A stretch of DNA of 63,836 nt, the filler included, from Octopus bimaculoides (Eukaryota): assembly GCF_001194135.2 (NCBI RefSeq). It is 6 parts of 5 records of this genome, joined end to end, with 100 filler letters (N's around TTAATTAATTAA, not from the genome) between each part and the next. Parts side by side here need not be neighbours in the genome. Positions count along the whole stretch, not along the records: positions 1 to 23,168 come from NC_068984.1; 5 more parts are not named here. The stretch is one strand, 5' to 3'. The notes beneath the pieces were generated by a model, which saw nothing but the letters and a program-made list of their open reading frames with translations, did no database searches and was not told where the DNA came from. Within the stretch, counting starts at the first letter, position 1. Every line of letters begins with the position of its first letter. Below are positions 1-12,297 of this stretch, in pieces. The position numbers and the translations under genes are program-made.

Positions 1-76
1 ATATGTATGTATATATGTGCATGTATGAATGCATATATGTGTGTATATGTATATATATATATATGTGTGTGTGTGC

Positions 77-108
<32 letters not shown>

Positions 109-237
109 ATGTGTGTGTGTATGTATATACATGCATGATTGTGTTTGTGGGAATTTACGTTTGTAATTATGTGAATATTGTTGTGTACTGTGCGCTTATA
201 TTTGTTTATTTGCCAACACATACGCACACACACACAC

Positions 238-268
<31 letters not shown>

Positions 269-480
269 CACACACACACACACACACACACACAACACAC
301 ACACACACATGCGCGCTTGTTGTTGTTTTTTTTTCTTAATATATTTTTTTTTCAATTCTTTTGCAGTTTTGTGAATGATGCTAATGCTGTTTAACTCCAG
401 CTCACACTTGTTTCAGCCAACCTATAATGAAAACTCTCCAGCCATGACCAACACGCATTTGGTCACACATCTACGACTTA

Positions 481-696
481 TTCTTTTACTCGTGTCAGTC
501 ATTTGACTGCGGCCATGCTGGAACACCGCTTTTAGTCGAACAAATCGACTCCAGGACTTATTCTTTGTAAGCCTAGTACTTATTCTATCGGTCATATTTT
601 TCTGAACCGCTAGGTTACGGGGACGTAAACACACAATCATCGGTAGTCAGTCGATGGTGGGGGGGGGAGGTCAAACTCAGACACACAGACACACAC

Positions 697-728
<32 letters not shown>

Positions 729-895
729 ATATACGACGGGCTTCCTTCAGTTTCCCTCTACCAAATCCACTCACAAGTCTTTGCTCGGCCCGAGTTTACA
801 GTGGAAGACACTTGCCCAAGGTGCCACGCAGTGGGACTGAACCTAGAAACATGTGGTTGGTAAGCAAGCTACTTACCACACAGCCACTCCTGCAC
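481..895 (-). mobile_element. tRNA-derived SINE family B, near full length, with internal microsatellite
   Basis: The minus strand begins GCAGGAGTGGCTGTGTGGTAAG (A-box-like), followed by a B-box-like GGTTCAGTCCC. A (TA/CA)n spacer and a 3' module (CAGCATGGCCGCAGTCAAATGAC) follow. More than 10 homologous copies are visible in this window. Confidence 0.85.
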
Positions 896-1109
896 TTGTC
901 TACTACTTACCACAAAATCTTCCGTATTCTACTTTTCTTAAAGGTATTCTAAGAGTGTGAATTGTGGGACACTTGGCTGCTACTTTCAACATGTCGATCC
1001 ACAATGCTGAGGCTTCCGAATTGGCTGGTGTTCGGACCGTGTGCAGAACTACAGAGCCAAAGTGAAATGAGAAAAAAATACAACCATTGATGGCATTTTA
1101 TTTTACCCT

Positions 1110-1428
1110 GTGATGGCGCCTGGATCAGTGGTTAAGGCATTCGGCTCACCATCGTAAGTATGCGAGTTCGATTATAGGCAGTGCGTTATATCCTTGAGCA
1201 TTTATTTCACGTTATCTCAGTCCACTCAGCTGTCAAAAGTAATTAGTACCTGTAATTCAATCGTTCAGCCATGTCACATTCAGTGCCACGCTGAATCTCC
1301 CTGAAAACTATGTTAACTGTACTCGTGTGTCTGCGGAGTACACAGCCACATGTACGCGGGTTTCACGAGCAGGCTCTTCCGTTGATCGAATCACCTAGAA
1401 CGCTCGTCGTCGTAAGCGACGGAGTGCC
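1110..1428 (+). mobile_element. tRNA-derived SINE family A (head + core + tail type 1)
   Basis: A-box-like TGGATCAGTGG, B-box-like GAGTTCGATT and core CAGTCCACTCAGCTG. The tail ends GACGGAGTGCCA and is homologous to 4330-4500 and 20300-20480. Confidence 0.8.
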
Positions 1429-1780
1429 AGTTTGTTTTGCCCTGATATGTCAGCACAACTACATTGTTTGAGGAATGTCAACATAAATGGCGGTGCCCCA
1501 GCATGGCCACGGCTCGTAAACTGAAACTAGATGAAATAAATAAATATATATATATATATTTATATATCAATGACGAATAAGTATCGATAAAGCAATGCAT
1601 AATTTAATTCAGTTGTGTGTTGCGTGTTTCTGTGTGCCTGCGCGCGCGCGCGTGTGTGTGTATGCATGATTACTCGAGTGAGCGCGTGTGAGCGTATTTA
1701 CATGTATATGCATGTAGGTATATGCATATACATGTGTGAATGTATGTATGTATATGTGTTTGTGCGCGTGTACATGTATG

Positions 1781-1855
<75 letters not shown>

Positions 1856-1865
1856 AAATGCATGA

Positions 1866-1899
<34 letters not shown>

Positions 1900-2038
1900 T
1901 AAGATAAAGAGAGAGTGAGAGAAAGAGAGTGAGAGAAAGAGAGAGAGATGTGTGGGTGTATGATGTGTGCATGTATGTATGTATGTATGTTTGTACTTAT
2001 ATGGAATATATATATACGAATGTATGTATATATGTCTG

Positions 2039-2083
<45 letters not shown>

Positions 2084-2140
2084 ATATGCTTGTATGTATT
2101 TATATGAATATATATACGAATGTACGTATATATGTATAAA

Positions 2141-2310
2141 GGCGCCGATGTTGGTTTGTTTACGTCCCATAACTTAGCGGTTAGGCAAAAGAAACAAATA
2201 GAAAAAGTACTAAGCTTACAAAAAATAAGTCCTTGGATCGCTTTGTTCGACCAAAGGTGGTGCTCCAGCATGGCCGCAGCCAAATGATTGAAACAAGTAA
2301 AAGAGTAAAA
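2141..2310 (+). mobile_element. SINE family B 3' module
   Basis: GTGGTGCTCCAGCATGGCCGCAGCCAAATGATTGAAACAAGTAAAAG matches the other family B copies. Confidence 0.8.
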
Positions 2311-2509
2311 GAGTATATATGTATATTTATATATATGCGCGTGTGTATGTGCGTGTGTGTATGTGTGTATATATATTTTTTTTCATGTGCGTCTATGTGT
2401 GTATATACACATCCATATATGCATACGTGTATGAACATGTGCGCATGAATGTATATACATACTATACACACATACGTACATGCATACGCATATATTGGCG
2501 CGTGCATAA

Positions 2510-3135
2510 TTAAGTAGTAAATAGCTTGCTTCCCCGCCGCATGGTTTCGGTTTGTGTCCCATTGCGGGGTACATCGGGCGAAGTGCCATTTACTAGAACC
2601 TCAGCCGACCAAAGCTTTGTTAATATATTATGGAGACATAAAATGAAAGGCGGCGACCTAGCAGAAATGTTAGCACGCCGGGCGAAATGTTGAGCGGTAT
2701 TTCGTCTGTCTTTACGTTCTGAGCTCAAATTCCGCCGAGGTCGACTTTGCCTTTCATCCTTTCGGGGTCGGTTAAATAAGTACCAGTTGCGCACTGGGGA
2801 ACGATGTAATCGACTTAATCCGTTTGTCTGTCCTTGTTTGTCCCCACTATGTGTGGCCCTTTGTGGGCAGTAAAGAAATGAGAAAATGAAAGAAGCCCGT
2901 CGTATTTGTGTGGGTGGGTAGGCCTTTTGTGCCTGTGTTTGACACCCATTCCTTCTTGACAACAGGTTTTGGTGTTTTCACATCACCGTAACCTAGCAGT
3001 TTGACGAAAGACCGTTAAAACAAAAAAAACATGCTTCAAGAAAAATTAATGAGTCCTGATGTCGATTCGTTTGCCTAAAATTCTTCAAGGCAGTGTTCCG
3101 GCATGGCCGCAGTCTCATGACTAAAACAAACAAGA
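2510..3135 (+). mobile_element. SINE family B interrupted by a family C insertion
   Basis: Head at 2510-2640; the element resumes at 2893 (AAGCCCGTCGTAT) and continues to the 3' module ending near 3135. Confidence 0.75.
2650..2882 (+). mobile_element. tRNA-derived SINE family C with 10-bp target-site duplication
   Basis: GGCGGCGACCTAGCAGAA head and TGAGCTCAAATTCCGCC B-box-like motif. AAAATGAAAG is directly repeated at 2640-2649 and 2883-2892. Confidence 0.85.
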
Positions 3136-3164
3136 GATGACAGATGCATGTATGTATGCCATTA

Positions 3165-3442
3165 TTCAGTTCTAATTTGTTTGTTTGTTTGTTTGTTTGT
3201 TTGCTAATGGACAAGATATCTGAAGAAATTGCTGGATGGATTCTGATGAAACTTTCAGGGATGTTCGGCCTTGAAACTGGCACGAACTGATTAGATTTTG
3301 GGATCGATCTGGTACCGGGCAAAGATTCTGGATTATTTTTTCCGTTAGAGCAGTCGAGTTTATTTCAGATATTTTCATTTTAAAAATCATCTCTAGCTAA
3401 TCGTCGAGAGGACGTTGGAATTGCTTTGGCGGAGGTTTGCTC
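3165..3442 (+). mobile_element. 5'-truncated copy of Helentron-type (HINE/DINE-1-like) non-autonomous element
   Basis: (GTTT)n tract and body homologous to 44872-45252, ending at the subterminal repeat TTGGCGGAGGT. Confidence 0.65.
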
Positions 3443-3509
3443 TTGTTTTTCATTGTGCTGGTGCTGCTCATTTATAATTTAGTGTCTCCCCAAAGATAGA
3501 AAGAGTTGA

Positions 3510-3800
3510 TTATGTGTCCAAGTATTCTTTCAAAATATGACTCACATTCTGCCAGAATACGCGACAAGGTGCACCAAACAAATGAATGGGTGTTTCAAAT
3601 TGGTAACAGACGACAACACCTGAACATTGTGAAAAAACAAAACTCATCTAGTATGGCCATATTCAAAGAAGTATACGTTTGGAAAACATTATCATGGAAG
3701 GAAGGGCAGAGTGCAATAGATGAAGTGGCAGGCAAAGAATGTAGTCGATGGACAATATCGAGAGTTGGCTGGAAAAGAGCGGCAGGGTAACTGAAAACTC
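3510..3800 (+). mobile_element. Decayed RTE-like LINE ORF C-terminus
   Basis: A frame with stops reads YGHIQRS..LENIIMEGRAECNR*SGRQRM*SMDNIESW, resembling the GH..R...ImeG...G.R..GR....W.dni tail of RTE-clade ORFs. Confidence 0.6.
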
Positions 3801-4329
3801 GCACGTAATCGAGAAGGCTTCCGTTGTAATGTCATCAATGTCCTGCAGGCGTACGAGACACGACGACATCGATGAATGCACAACTTCGGCATCGGTAACA
3901 CTCAGCACTGTCGCTATGGCCTCACAATTGAATCTATTGCTATCATATATTAATCTTTATCTGTCTGTTTCCATTTTAGTCAAGATGGCTTCTTTGCCAT
4001 CTCTCAGCTGTCTTCCACATTACACATGTAATACTGAAATCCTAATCTTACTACTTTAGTCAAGCGTCCCCCTCTCAATACGACTAACATCTCTTATAAA
4101 AATCTCTTGCCTGTCTTCGTTTTTCGGCTCAAAAGCATGTCTCACGCCCCTTTTGCTTCCTGTCAAACCAACTGGTTGAGCTACATGAACAATGGCTTCT
4201 AACAAACTCCGTAACTTTGTATAACAGCTGTTTTCCAACTTTAAGCTCTTGCACAAATCATATTAAAGGTAACTGGAGTTTTGCCGTAGCACTTTACGAC
4301 CCAATAACTGTGAAATGTTGTTTGGCACT

Positions 4330-4702
4330 CCGTCGGTTACGACGATGAGGGTTCCAGTTGATCCGATCAACGAAACAGCCTGCTCGTGAAATTAACTTGC
4401 AAGTGGCTGAGCACTCCACAGACACGTGTACCCTTAACGTATTTCTCAGGGATATTCAGCGTGACACAGTGTGATAAGGCTGACCCTTTGAAAAACAGGC
4501 ACAACAGAAACAGGAAGTAAGTGTTTGAGAAAGTTGTGGTGAAAGAGTACAGCAGGATTCGCCACCATCCCCTGCTGGAGCCCCGTGGAGCTTTAGGTGT
4601 TTTCGCTCAATAAACACTCACAACGCCCGGTCTGGGAATCGAAACCGCGATCCTATGACCGCGAGTCCGCTGCCCTAACCACTGGGTCATTGCGCCTCCA
4701 CA
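4330..4702 (-). mobile_element. tRNA-derived SINE (A-related head, different middle, tail type 1)
   Basis: Minus-strand head TGTGGAGGCGCAATGACCCAGTGGTTAGG...GGTTTCGATTCC. The tail is shared with 1110-1428, and the copy is CpG-rich. Confidence 0.85.
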
Positions 4703-5222
4703 CTGTGAAATGTAATGCTAGACTAAGCCACTCTCGAAAAGGCTTGTCAGCGCAGTTGTCAATTTCTCTCCATTTCCTTAATGGTATTTCTTCTGTTAGG
4801 AATGGTTATATGAGTTTCAACAGCAAAGGCCATGATAGAACGACACCTTAAATTCTACAAACCTCAATTACTGATGACAGTTAATCCTTCGCTCGTCATA
4901 TCAGTCTCAATAATCCCTGTTGACGTTATTCAAGGATATTATACCGATGCAACTAAAGGCTTTTCTAATATATGAATCTGAATTCAGTTCAACTAAACAG
5001 AGACATATATGCATATATACATACGCATATGTACATACATCTATACGTATATAATGATGCAACGACTGTTTGTGTATAAAGCTTGAAACACGTGCACCAC
5101 GGAATCCTTTGTGTTCTGTTTTAATTTTACTTTTTTAATTTATTCTTTCACCTCGGCCACTATCTGGCATATACAGGTATTTACAATTATCAAGTATTAC
5201 CTCTAAAATTTGCTTTATATAC

Positions 5223-5226
<4 letters not shown>

Positions 5227-5275
<49 letters not shown>

Positions 5276-5276
5276 C

Positions 5277-5307
<31 letters not shown>

Positions 5308-5315
5308 TGTGTGTG
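5227..5315. repeat. (GT)n microsatellite
   Basis: Directly visible. Confidence 0.95.
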
Positions 5316-5721
5316 GGCACAGGACATCACGAAACGTGTACAGCAAAAAATACGAAGCACGAGTAGATGGAACATGAACTATTCTTTGGAACAACGAAAG
5401 ACACATTTGGAAAACAAAACAAACAACATAAAGAACGACCCTTCATCAGTTGTTGGCTGTTTTTTTTTCTTTTTCCAGTCTCGTATTTCGAGCATACACA
5501 CAAAGAGATATACACGTAGTGCCTTTGAAAGCAGCGTGTTAGTCGGCAAATCGATTCATCAATAAGGTTTCCTCGTCCGTACTTAGGTCAGAACTCCCTT
5601 TGGGACAGGCATCAATACACAACATCTCGTATCCTTGGCTTAGAAATACTGAGATTTGGTCTCGCTCAAATACATTGATTTAACAATTATTGTTGGCTTT
5701 AGCAACAACACAAACGACATT

Positions 5722-5761
<40 letters not shown>

Positions 5762-5762
5762 T

Positions 5763-5806
<44 letters not shown>

Positions 5807-6207
5807 GGTGGTAGTAGTAGCAGCAGTAGTAATACTAATTATTGTTATGGCTGATTTTTTCTTTTACTTCCTCCTGCTGCCCTCTTATCGTTACAACAGC
5901 ATGTGGTTTGTTGTTTGTTATTTTCATTGTTATTGCTACTTCTGCTGCTGCTACTACTGCTGCTACTACTGCTGCTACTTCTGCTACTGCTACTGCTTCT
6001 GCTATTGCTGCTGCTGCTGCTAATTATGATGATAATACTGTTAATCTGCTTTTAATGGTGGCAACAGGGCTTGAGCACTAGTGTATCCCGAGTATTAATG
6101 TTGTCGCTGCAGCTGCTGCTGCTGGTGGTGGTGGTGATGGTGGTGGTGGTGGTGGTGTTAGTGGTGGTAGTGGCGTTAGTGGAGGTGGTGGTGGTGGTGG
6201 TGGTGGC
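5722..6207. repeat. Compound trinucleotide repeats (GTA/GTG, CTA/CTG, GTG)
   Basis: Directly visible; these repeats generate the poly-V, poly-C and poly-T ORFs in the track. Confidence 0.9.
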
Positions 6208-6479
6208 GATGGCGGAGTATTCGACGGGGGTGGGCAGAGTACAATGGTGGAGGGGAATAAGTGCTCCGGTTGTACATATATATTTATTACAGGGTCCATA
6301 ATATAAAATGCTGGCGTTTTTATGTCTGCCGCCAGCAATTAACCGAATTACATCAAACACCACGTGTTTGCGTCTCTCTCTCTCTACGTGGAGAATTTAC
6401 AACAAACGCAAACCTTCGTGAGTATCAACAACCTCATTATGTTTAAAACTTTGTTTCGGGATGCCAATCACTAAAGTTA

Positions 6480-6640
6480 GTCGTGTTCGTCATGTTCTTG
6501 AGCAAATTACATCCTTTCACGTTGATCCCGGCCATTCCAACTGTAAATGAGATTCTACGCGATGGGCTGGCGTCCTGTTCAGGTGGGTTGTTGTGATTTC
6601 GGTCCCTTATTGAAAGCCAAGTAACCGGCCCTATGAATCC
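6480..6640 (+). mobile_element. SINE family A fragment (core + tail type 2)
   Basis: GTTCTTGAGCAA...TTTCACGTTG core followed by GCGATGGGCTGGCGTCCTGTTCAGG, homologous to 39005-39250. Confidence 0.55.
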
Positions 6641-6769
6641 TATCGACGATGTTTTTTATAAACACAGAATATAACGTTAGGCAAGACTAAGAAATCGAAG
6701 GTTTACTGTAGTTGTGAAGTTTTGATCCGCTGGTCTTCAGTTGTTGAATTTCTTTCTAATTATAACACA

Positions 6770-6970
6770 AGGCCAGTAATATTTAGAGTAGAGACATTTC
6801 GATTACATCGACTCTTGTACTTCACTGGTACTTTATTTTATCGACATCGAAAAGATGCAGGTCAAAGTCGGCCTCTGTGGTATTTGAGCTCTAAATATAA
6901 AGTTCGAAGAAATGCCGCAAAGAATTTTATCCGAAACGCTAACTACCCTGCCTGCTGGCTACCTTCTTCA
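6770..6970 (-). mobile_element. Diverged SINE family C
   Basis: CAAAGTCGGCCTCTGTGGTATTTGAGCTC resembles the reverse complement of family C. Confidence 0.6.
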
Positions 6971-7424
6971 GTTATTGAATTAGTATCAGTAAATTCTGAG
7001 AGCTGGTTTCTTCCTTTTATTTTTAATTATGTTTAAACATATATACATAAGCATAATGGCTGAAAATCGATTTTGAATCTTGCCATCCCTGGAGAGTTCT
7101 CTTAAATATTAGCGCCGAGTTGTGTTTTTAAAGTCCTGTTAAGGACTGACCATCTTTTGCAAAGATGTGGCAACGATGACCACCTCTTGCAGCATATATT
7201 CAGAGATCTTACCACCCACACTGACACATGCCTACATACCAACATGGAAGGTAATTGACTCCGAGAAGACAACGTATTATAATTGATCGAAAATATAAGC
7301 AATATAATTCGAAGAGTGTCTGGTTTCCAAATGTAACAGGTGAAAAGAAACGGACATATTTAATATGGCGAACACAACGACTAAAGTATTCTATTCAGAA
7401 ATCTCTCTGATATCGCTGCTTTAC

Positions 7425-7550
7425 CTCTGAATTTAGATTCGAGCAATTTCGCTAATGAATTTGTTATATGCAATACAACGCTACTATTCTCTGTCTCCAT
7501 TTGAGATTGCGACGTCTTTCTTTTGCTGTCATTAAATTCGCTAACGGTAA
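7425..7550 (-). CDS. Candidate internal exon (126 nt, phase 1-1), product unknown
   Basis: TTTAG| acceptor and AGAG|GTAAAG donor around an open frame TVSEFNDSKRKTSQSQMETENSSVVLHITNSLAKLLESKFR. No homology recognised. Confidence 0.35.
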
Positions 7551-8304
7551 CTAAACGGTCAGTGGTGAGTGTCATGTCCAGAATATATCATTATACAATA
7601 CAAATTCTTCTGCACAAAATTAGGTCTCTTCAACAGAAATACCATTCGTTTATCGCAATTAATCGGTATGCAAGGTAATAAAGACAATTTTAGCTGACAT
7701 ATTGATTTTGCATTGAATCGACAAAGAGCATGAATTACAAGAAAGAAATATATTGACCCCAGTATATTATTGATTTCTGTGGGTCTTACACAATACACAG
7801 AATACAATGACCCCTTATTTCAGACTAAATCAAACGGAAACTGTAAATGCGATGGTATTTTTAGGGGCATCAGCTTTATAAGTTGAACGACCTGGTTACT
7901 AAAAAATACTTGGTACTGGCATTCCAAAATCCACCTGCAACATATTCTCCACTTGCATTAGTTTAACGCTCGAGAAGTGACAAAGTCTTTAACGTTTTGA
8001 GCCTAGGCTCTTCCACAGAAAGGAACACAGAAAGACAACGTTTGTTGTCTACACTACCTGTCTTCGTCTTTTGTTTTTTGTTTTTTTTTTGCAAATTCTT
8101 CCTATATATTACACGCTCACGTGGTCGCACCACTTGGTCCTGTCTTCTTTCATTACCCAACGAACTTTTATACCTTCTACGCCGAACTAGTCTACCTGGA
8201 TTCTCTACCTGGACGTTCTACTCTCGTACTCTTCAGCTGCACCTCTCCTGCACATGGATTACACTGGACTCCTAATATATATATATTATATATATATATT
8301 ACTT

Positions 8305-8410
8305 TTCTTTTACTTGTTTCAGTCATTTCATTGCGACCATGCTGGGGCACCGCTTTTAGTCCAGCAAATCGACCACAGGACTTATTCTATCGGTCTCTTT
8401 TTTGAGATCA
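8305..8410 (-). mobile_element. SINE family B 3' module
   Basis: TTTACTTGTTTCAGTCATTTCATTGCGACCATGCTGGGGCACC. Confidence 0.75.
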
Positions 8411-8593
8411 ATGACTTTTCGTCACTGGAAAAAGTATATATATACATATATTTGCGATGGGAACCACTTCACATGGCCAACCGGTTTTTACGTTCTGAAC
8501 TCAAATTCTGCCGAGTACTGGAGTCGATGCAATCGATTTTCCTCCTTCCCCGAATTTACTGGCCTTGTGCCAAAATTTGAAACCATTACTATT

Positions 8594-9021
8594 CTTTTCT
8601 GCTCTAGACACAAAGCCCGAAATTTGGGGGGAGGGGACCAGTCGATTAGATCGACTCCAGTATGCAACTGGTACTTAATTTATCAACCCCGATAGGATGA
8701 AAGTCAAAGTCGACCTCGGCGGAATTTGAACTCAGAATGTAAAGACAGACGAAATACCACTAAGTATTTCGCCCGGCGTGCTACCGTTTCTTATTTCATT
8801 ATTGCCCACAAGGGGCTAAACATAGAGGGGACAAACAAGGACAGACAAAGGGATTAAGTCGATTACATCGACTCCAGTGCCTAACTGGTACTTAATTTAT
8901 CGAACCCCAAAGGATGTAAGGCAAAGTCGACCTCGGCGGAATTTGAGCCCCGGACATAACAGCAGACAAAATACCGCTAAGCATTTCGCCCGCGTGCTAA
9001 CGACTCTGCCATCTCGCCGCC
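8594..9021 (-). mobile_element. Head-to-tail dimer of SINE family C flanked by an 18-bp direct repeat
   Basis: Two minus-strand units. TTTGAAACCATTA(C/T)TATT occurs at 8576-8593 and 9022-9039, the first being the tail of a plus-strand family C fragment at about 8485-8593. Confidence 0.8.
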
Positions 9022-9733
9022 TTTGAAACCATTATTATTATCGTTGTAGCGCTGGTTGCTTTTCCTTCTATTGTGTCTGCTTCAGCAGCCAGCGAAGCTG
9101 AAACGGCTATAAATATAAGCAGGCCTTTATAGAATACATACACCTATTATCTCATTCTTTGCATTTATCTCGTTTTTAATTATTCATATGTAATATTCCA
9201 TTTTCCGTTGTACTTTTCTGTACAGTTCATTGATTTCTAAGTACTTTTAAGGCTGTCTTCGTTCTAAATTCTCTTATCTTTTTCTTCTTTTTTTTTCACC
9301 TGTCTTATCTATTATCTTAATAGTGCTGTTAATTTATTTTCCGGATTTCAAGGTTGCCTTGGCACATTTCTTCTAATCCGAGACTCCCGTAATCTCAACT
9401 AGTAAATGTGCGTTTCCCTGTTGCCGTGATCCCTGTTGCTTCTTCCTTACGAATTCAATTTTAGGGTCGTCCATTTGCAGAAGAAGTCCTCCTATTGATT
9501 TCTGAAGCCGACACCTGTTGCTTGTCTGTCTTTTTCTTCTAATTTCTACTACTATTATTATCATCATCATCATCNNNNNNNNNNNNNNNNNNNNNNNNNN
9601 NNNNNNNNNNNNNNNNNNNNNNNNNNNNNNNNNNNNNNNNNNNNNNNNNNNNNNNNNNNNGGAGGGGGGGAGGAAGAGGAAGAGCAGCAGCAGTAGTGGT
9701 AGTAGCAGCAGCAGCAGTTGTAATAGTAATAGT

Positions 9734-9794
<61 letters not shown>

Positions 9795-9799
9795 TTTTC

Positions 9800-10610
9800 T
9801 TTTGACTCAAGTTCGCTTTCATTGTTGGTACGGATTTATGTGGATAGCAGTTACTACCTGTAACCTTACGTATCCACAAGTTTTCAGCTGTCTTTCAAGT
9901 GCTTAGAACCCTCCTGATAATTCTTGATCTCCTTAAGAGACAAACCTTCTGTAGGATCTCTACCGGTCATTCTATTTCCATCTTCTTCAACCATTTTATC
10001 TATACCTTGGTTTACTGTTCCCAGCGCACTAATTATTATAGGCGCGACCTTTACAGTTCGCATGCTCCAAATTCTAACTACTTCAAATTTTAAAGAGTTG
10101 TGTTTTCTTTGTTTTTCTTCCTCTTTCTTTTCGATCCTGGAAACAAATGGGTATGATGGGTCAATAAGTAAGCAACTTCGCTTTTCTTTACATATGATTG
10201 TAATATCTGATCTATTGCTTTGTAACTTCTTGTCCGTTTGAAGTAGAAAGTCCCACAAAATCGTACATTTCTTCGAATCTTTTCCTCTTTCGACTCCATG
10301 ATAGTACCATCTGTTTCTAGCTTCAAATCTCCATCTCTAGCAAATTTTCCAATGTAAAACATTTATAAATTGGTCGTGCTTCCATTTCTTGTATTCTTCT
10401 TGTGCCAACTTGCGGAATTCTGTCACAATGTGTGTTACTGTCTCGTTCCAAGTTCCACAGGTTCTACATTTTTCTGATACATTCTCTTCATATGTATTTT
10501 TTCTTAAGTTGTTTGTTTTTATTCCTTGATCTTGGGCTGCTACAATTAGGCTCTGTTTCTTTTTTCAAGCCCAGGGTTTTGTTCCCCATACGTCTTCAGT
10601 AGCTGTCCAA
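9800..10610 (-). mobile_element. R4/Dong-like non-LTR retrotransposon 3' part (zinc knuckle + restriction-like endonuclease)
   Basis: VTHIVTEFRKLAQEEYKKWKHD...LHWK followed by WDFLLQTDKKLQSNRSDITIICKEKRSCLLID...PIIISALG. The 3' end abuts a (TAC)n tract. Confidence 0.8.
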
Positions 10611-10644
10611 ATTTGGCCATGCAAAGTATTATTATTTTTACTGA

Positions 10645-10667
10645 TGTTATTATTACTATTATTATTA

Positions 10668-10721
<54 letters not shown>
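10645..10721. repeat. (TTA)n tract at the 3' end of the second R4-like fragment
   Basis: Directly visible. Confidence 0.9.
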
Positions 10722-10722
<1 letters not shown>

Positions 10723-11170
10723 TCAGTAGTCTTATTTATTTTCATTACGTTCTTTCACTGCACTACCGAGTCTAGCTCCGTGTGACTTGAAGAACGTGTG
10801 CGGTACCTAGCAGTGCTATTTTCTGTATGTTATATACATTTTTAAAGTCCTGGTGTTTTGGTTACGTAATTCTCTGAATGTTTTTTTTTATCATACATAA
10901 TGCACCTTACTATGATAGGAATTGTTTCTGTTTTTAGGCTCCACATTCGAGTTACCTCTATTTCCAGAGTTTAATAGTTTCTCCGCTTCCTTTAGAGATA
11001 CATTTTCATCTGTTGGTATTAATACAAAGATCAGAAGGTATTTTTTTCCTCATTGATCCCTAACATCTATGTCCGGTGTATTAGCCTTGATTCTTCTATC
11101 TGTGTGTATTGGCATATAGCAGAGTATGATTGCTTTGTCATTTTTTGTGATCTTTTCTTAAAACAGAAGA
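10722..11170 (-). mobile_element. Second R4/Dong-like 3' fragment (endonuclease C-terminus)
   Basis: Frameshifted ...PTDENVSLKEAEKL...EVTRMWSLKTETIPIIV...IQKIALLGTAHVL, followed by (TAA)n. Confidence 0.7.
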
Positions 11171-11264
11171 CATGATAAGATGCGAAGGTGATCTGTCGGT
11201 TATTTCAAGTAAGGTGAATAAACGTGGCTCCTTCATCGGATCGTATATAGGTAAATTGTTTTAA

Positions 11265-11314
<50 letters not shown>

Positions 11315-11701
11315 CAAGGAAATATTGTAGACGCAGCAAAGGCAGTTGACTAGATTTATAACACACTATCATACATTCGGTTCTTCCAGCTCACCAGCGG
11401 AAACTAAATGCAATTGCAACTAGTAATTGAATCTTCACACACCTTCATATTCGATTAGATTTTTCCGTTTAAAAAAAATGGATTGACAGATATTGTTTCC
11501 CTATCTTTTAATAGAAACATTACCACCAAAATTCTGCCACATGCTGATAACTAATTTATAGAAAAAATACCAGAACGTTCAATAGATTAGTTTAGCAGAA
11601 TCTATATTAAGAATTGGATTTTTTCACTTACGTCCGATCATTCAAATACAACGTGCAACATAAATACGTATATATANNNNNNNNNNNNNNNNNNNNNNNN
11701 N

Positions 11702-11742
<41 letters not shown>

Positions 11743-11745
<3 letters not shown>

Positions 11746-12297
11746 GAGGGGTAGTCAAAAAGTAATGCCATTTTGTGTTTAGGACAGGTATAATTACCAG
11801 CACAGAGGCATGTATCGTGCATCAAAATGAAGCTGGTCCTCTATGGATCACATCCCTACTTCTCAACGTAGTCACCATTTCACTCAATAGCAATTTTCTA
11901 CCTTCGAATGAGAGCATGTATCCTTGCCCCCGAAAATTCTGTTGACTGTTCTTTGAGCCACTTCTTCACTACAGTTTTCACTTCCTCGTCACTGGAATAA
12001 TGTTTGCCTCTCAAACCTTCTTTCATGGGACCGAAGAGATGATAGTCCAGTGACGAGGAAGTGAAAACTGTAGTGAAGAAGTGGCTCAAAGAACAGTCAA
12101 CAGAATTTTACAGGGAAGGGATACATGCTTTTATTCGAAGGTGGAACATTGCTATTGAGAGAAACGGTTACTATGTTGAGAAGTAGGGATGTGATCCACA
12201 GGGGACCAGCTTCATTTTGATGTATGATACATGTTCCTGTGTTGGTAACTATACTTGTCCTAAACAAAATAGCATTACGTTTTGACTCACCCTCGTA
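11743..12297. mobile_element. Palindromic mariner-derived MITE: two inverted 3' ends
   Basis: Termini TACGAGGGGTAGTCAAAAAGTAATGC and GCATTACGTTTTGACTCACCCTCGTA. Arms 11743-11996 and 12046-12297 are reverse complements. The minus strand reads DYHLFGPMKEGLRGKHYSSDEEVK (mariner C-terminus). Confidence 0.9.

Noticed and set aside
4056-4256. 66-aa non-repetitive minus-strand ORF
   Set aside because: No recognisable motif or splice context; it lies between repeats.
9040-9107. Minus-strand acceptor with an Ala-rich frame (VSASLAAEADTIEG)
   Set aside because: It runs into a SINE tail with no donor site.
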